Source: Asticcacaulis sp. (lineage in GTDB: Bacteria > Pseudomonadota > Alphaproteobacteria > Caulobacterales > Caulobacteraceae). Taken from it: a stretch of 64,000 nucleotides of DNA. Below are positions 60,576 to 64,000 of this stretch, piece by piece. The stretch lies in contig NZ_JAIXSV010000133.1 in NCBI RefSeq assembly GCF_027484505.1, forward strand, positions 2,284 to 66,283, in the 5' to 3' direction. Position 1 is the stretch's first letter; each line of letters begins with the position of its first letter. Below the pieces are notes generated by a model, which saw only the letters and a program-made list of their open reading frames with translations, had not been told where the DNA came from and searched no databases. The translations under genes were made by a program, and so were the position numbers.

Positions 60576-61169
60576 TTAAGCGGGATAGGTGTCGATAAAG
60601 GATTGGCGTTTTTCCAGATGATCGCGCAGGGCTACAAGGCGCGGGGCCTCGGCGTGCCAGTCGAGTTTGGGGAAGCGGAAATCGATATAGGTCGCCGCCG
60701 AAGCCAGAGTGATTTCGGCCAGTCCGGGGACGCCTTCGGCGATGTGACACTGCCCATCCACAGCCTTCAGGGCCCGGCGCAGCCCCTCTTCCCAGCGCTT
60801 GAGCCACGCGGCAGAGCGTTCGTGTTCCGGGCGACGGTGCTCAATCACCATCTTCACAGCGGTTTCCAAAATCCCGTCGGCCAGCGTCTCGGCCTGACGT
60901 GCCGCCCACTGCGCCTCGCCTTCCGGATAGAGCGGGTAAGGCCCGTAATGCGCGACCAGCCATTCGCAGATCAGCGTCGAATCCACAAACGCCCCGTGGT
61001 CGGTCACCAGCGCCGGCACCTGCGCAAAAGGGTTAACGGCCACGTGCTCCGGAACGCTGTCCAAAGTCACGGTTGGCACGTCCTCCACACGGTCCGTCAG
61101 CCCCATTTCCCGAACCACAATTCTGCATTTTCGCGCAAAAGGCGAACCTGAATTGATAAACAACCGCAT
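60576..61169 (-). CDS. Glutathione S-transferase-family protein
   Basis: SPFARKCRI, VNPFAQVPAL, DSTLICEWL, LAEIT; start ATG 61169. Confidence 0.88.
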   Translation of the reverse strand: MRLFINSGSPFARKCRIVVREMGLTDRVEDVPTVTLDSVPEHVAVNPFAQVPALVTDHGAFVDSTLICEWLVAHYGPYPLYPEGEAQWAARQAETLADGILETAVKMVIEHRRPEHERSAAWLKRWEEGLRRALKAVDGQCHIAEGVPGLAEITLASAATYIDFRFPKLDWHAEAPRLVALRDHLEKRQSFIDTYPA

Positions 61170-61357
61170 AACAGCCTCCATTACAGGCCTGTATACATGC
61201 GACCCAACCTGTTGATGGTCAAGGGAAAAACCATTGCACACATCTGCGCACAGACGCGCAACCCTTTCATTACAAAAGAGTTTTCCATTTGCCTTAATTT
61301 AAGGCTTTTACCGTATGGTGGCACCTCAGGTAACCGCCCTCAGAATGAGTACGCCTC

Positions 61358-63577
61358 GTGAAACGAGACCGGAGTGAATTAAGACTTTTGGCCCCCATGA
61401 CCATTGTTGTGGTCGGGGCCGTGTGTGCGTTGATCGGGTCCTTGTGGATCTGGGCCGCCGAAATCGACAAGTCGAGCCGCGAGCGCGAAGAAAACTACGT
61501 GCGCAGCGGGCTCATGCATCTGGCGGAGACGCAGGCGCGCTTGATGGCCCCCATGACCATCTGGAACGAAGCGGTCAATCGGACGGTGGTCAAATTCGAC
61601 CATCAGTTCGTCGCCGACAATTACGGCAGCTATTTCTCTGAATATCTGAATTACGAGCAGACCTTCGTGCTGGACGGTCTCAATCGTCCGGTGCTGGCGT
61701 GGGAAGGCAAGCAGGAAACCTCTCTAGCCGCCTATGATCGCCTGAGCGGTGAAATTACCCGCCTGTCAAAAGACCTGCGCGAACGCCACTATATCTATAC
61801 CGCCTCAGGCATCGGCTTCACGTCGAAAACCAACGCCATCGCGCGGCTGACCGTGCTGGATGGCCACGTCTACCTGCTGGGGGCCAGCCTGATCCTGCCC
61901 GACAGCACGCGACAGGATCTGGCGCGCTACACCCCCTATCTGGTGGTAGGCTCGCATCGGCTGAGCAATGCCGAGCTGGCGGCCCTGTCGCAGGGGCATC
62001 TGCTGAGCGATATCACCGAACTGCGCAGCGGTCAGAACGTGCAACCCGGTTCGGCGCGCGCCGTGTTCACCGACTCGACCGGTCAGGAAAAGGCCGAGCT
62101 GACCTGGCAGCCGTCGCGACCGGGGCTTGACCTGTTCATGCGTGCGCTGATCCCCTCCCTGCTGGTTTCGGCTGGTCTGGGCGGCGTGGCGCTGGCGCTG
62201 CTGCACCGCAGCCAGAAGACCGCGCGCAGCCTGATCGCTTCGGAAGCGCGCGCCAAGCATATGGCCCTGCACGACGGCCTGACCGGCCTGCCCAACCGCA
62301 CCCTGTTCACTGACCGCCTTAATCAGGCCACCGAGCGCCTGCGCCGTCATGGCGGTTCGGTCGCCGTCATGTGCGTCGGCCTTGACCGCTTCAAGGACGT
62401 CAACGACACGCTGGGCCATTCGGCGGGCGACGAACTGATCCGTCATTCGGCGCAGAAGATCGGCAGCATGATCCGGGCGGGCGATACGCTGGCGCGTCTG
62501 GGCGGCGACGTCTTCGTGATCATCCAGACCGACACGGACGCCCACTCTGCGGCGGCTCTGGCCAAGCGCGTGCTGGAAGGCCTCAAGGGTCAGGTCACGC
62601 TGGAAAGCGGCCCGGTCTATTCGTCCTGCTCCATCGGTGTCACCCTGTTGCAGGAAGCGGACATCGAAGCCGCCGAAGCCCTGCGTCAGGCCGACCTGGC
62701 GCTCTATCGCGCCAAGGAGCAGGGCCGTTCGCAATACGCCTTCTTCGAAATCGAGATGGACGCGACGATCAAGCTGCGCAAACTGCTGGAGACGGGGCTG
62801 CGCGAAGCCATCCACGTCGAAGCCATCGACGTCGTTTATCAGCCGCAGGTCGATCACAATGGCCGCATCGTCGGCGTCGAGGCGCTGGCCCGCTGGAGCC
62901 ACCCGCAGCGCGGCCCGATCAGCCCGGCCTATTTCGTGCCTCTGGCCGAAGAATGCGGCCTGATGATGGATCTGGGGACGCTGATCATGCGCCGCGCCCT
63001 GATCGACTCCAAACGCTGGCCGGGGCTGAAGGTGGCGATCAATGTGTCGGCGACGCAGTTGCGGTCCTCGCGCTTCCTGCCGGAACTGAAGGACATGCTG
63101 CGCGAAACCGGCGTCGAGCCGCGTTCCATCGAAATCGAGATCACCGAAGGGATGCTGCTCAACGACGATCAGCCGACCCAGAACACGCTCAATGCGTTGC
63201 GTCAGATGGGCTTCTCCATCGCGCTCGACGATTTCGGCACCGGCTATTCGTCGCTCAGCTATCTGAGCCGCTACCCGGTGGACAAGATCAAGATCGACCG
63301 CTCCTTCGTCTCCAATCTGGGGGTCGATCCGGACGCCGAGGCCCTGATCCGCGCCATCATCAAGCTGGCCAAGGCCCTGCACCTCAGCATTCTGGCCGAG
63401 GGGGTGGAAACCCAGGCCCAGAGCCACATCCTGCGTCAGGCCGGCTGCGCCATCATTCAGGGCTATCTGTTCTCCAAGCCCGTGGATCGCAGCGAGATCG
63501 ACATCATGATGGAAGGTCAGGCAACCTCACAGGTGACCCACATCACCAATGGCCGCTATATCGCCGGCGTGCGCTAA
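61358..63577 (+). CDS. Membrane c-di-GMP phosphodiesterase: periplasmic (CHASE4-like) sensor, degenerate GGDEF, EAL
   Basis: Two TM segments; HDGLTGLPNR, GGDVF; EALARW, EITE, DDFGTGYSSL, EGVE. Confidence 0.88.
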   Translation: MKRDRSELRLLAPMTIVVVGAVCALIGSLWIWAAEIDKSSREREENYVRSGLMHLAETQARLMAPMTIWNEAVNRTVVKFDHQFVADNYGSYFSEYLNYEQTFVLDGLNRPVLAWEGKQETSLAAYDRLSGEITRLSKDLRERHYIYTASGIGFTSKTNAIARLTVLDGHVYLLGASLILPDSTRQDLARYTPYLVVGSHRLSNAELAALSQGHLLSDITELRSGQNVQPGSARAVFTDSTGQEKAELTWQPSRPGLDLFMRALIPSLLVSAGLGGVALALLHRSQKTARSLIASEARAKHMALHDGLTGLPNRTLFTDRLNQATERLRRHGGSVAVMCVGLDRFKDVNDTLGHSAGDELIRHSAQKIGSMIRAGDTLARLGGDVFVIIQTDTDAHSAAALAKRVLEGLKGQVTLESGPVYSSCSIGVTLLQEADIEAAEALRQADLALYRAKEQGRSQYAFFEIEMDATIKLRKLLETGLREAIHVEAIDVVYQPQVDHNGRIVGVEALARWSHPQRGPISPAYFVPLAEECGLMMDLGTLIMRRALIDSKRWPGLKVAINVSATQLRSSRFLPELKDMLRETGVEPRSIEIEITEGMLLNDDQPTQNTLNALRQMGFSIALDDFGTGYSSLSYLSRYPVDKIKIDRSFVSNLGVDPDAEALIRAIIKLAKALHLSILAEGVETQAQSHILRQAGCAIIQGYLFSKPVDRSEIDIMMEGQATSQVTHITNGRYIAGVR

Positions 63578-63596
63578 ACCTCAGATATTCCGAAAC

Positions 63597-63632
63597 AAAA
63601 AGCCCCGTCAGTTCGCCTGACGGGGCTTTTTT
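63597..63632. terminator. Bidirectional terminator
   Basis: aaaaagccccgtcag/ctgacggggcttttt. Confidence 0.85.
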
Positions 63633-63656
63633 ACTGACTCTGTGGCGCGGTTAGAG

Positions 63657-63767
63657 AACCACAGATTGCACAGATTGCACAGATTGCACAGATTGGCGCT
63701 TCGCGCCCTTGACCCATCAGACGCCCACCGATGACGCATCATACACCTTATCTGTCGCCATCTGTCG
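63657..63767. repeat. Family B-like element with a 4x CACAGATTG tandem
   Basis: aac + (cacagattg)x4 at 63660-63695, gcgcttcgcgc, degenerate atctgtc right arm. Confidence 0.7.
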
Positions 63768-63780
63768 AGAAGCCGCCTGC

Positions 63781-64000
63781 TCAGACCGCTTCCGGAGTTG
63801 TCTCGCTTTGGTTTTGCTTTGCGGCATGGGCTTCGACCAGACCGACAATGTGCTCGATCATGTCGTCGTTAGAGACCTTATGGTCTGGCTTGCCTGCCAT
63901 ATAGACCATGCCCGCCCCGGCCCCGCCGCCGGTAAAGCCGACATCGGTGTACAGCGCCTCGCCCGGTCCGTTGACGACGCAACCGATGATCGACAGCGAC
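63781..64000 (-). CDS. ispG: 4-hydroxy-3-methylbut-2-enyl diphosphate synthase, C-terminal fragment
   Basis: Manual translation [28 protein letters not shown]..., containing an IspG Fe-S Cys motif. Confidence 0.9.
   Translation of the reverse strand, partial: SLSIIGCVVNGPGEALYTDVGFTGGGAGAGMVYMAGKPDHKVSNDDMIEHIVGLVEAHAAKQNQSETTPEAV

Noticed and set aside
63660-63695. Tandem repeat considered as a CRISPR array
   Set aside because: 9-bp units with no spacers and no cas genes; the palindromic families also lack repeat-spacer periodicity.

Overview
High-GC alphaproteobacterial chromosome segment. Gene content and protein style suggest Caulobacteraceae, probably Asticcacaulis-like (inference). 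The core (15.4-37.2 kb, minus strand) is the str, S10, spc and alpha ribosomal supercluster: rpsL-rpsG-fusA-tuf, rpsJ to rpsQ, rplN to rpmD, rplO-secY-adk, rpsM-rpsK-rpoA, rplQ. It is broken by internal terminators and long structured leaders, and an AraC gene plus a CelD/HfsK-like GNAT gene sit between tuf and rpsJ. Left flank: fRMsr GAF protein, ettA, MarR, YqaA, DsbB, Coq7, DUF1003, DegP, two tandem TetA-like MFS genes, an NPP. Right flank: GH13, polyamine catabolism genes, prmA, moaCED, a PglF-like dehydratase, cydABX with cydDC, isoaspartyl peptidase, a pentapeptide-repeat protein, gpmA, prfA, GST, a GGDEF-EAL protein and partial ispG. I found no rRNA, tRNA, CRISPR array, transposase or prophage. 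The main unexplained signals are: three families of short palindromic intergenic elements that keep their structure through compensatory changes and nest inside one another; a translationally coupled pair of paralogous unknown membrane proteins; a Lys/Ala-rich protein with 18/11-residue helical repeats and a MinD-like tail; small ORFs missed or mis-started by the track (CydX, L30, a 50-aa ORF after rplQ); and attenuator-like hairpins in the rpsJ and rpsL leaders.
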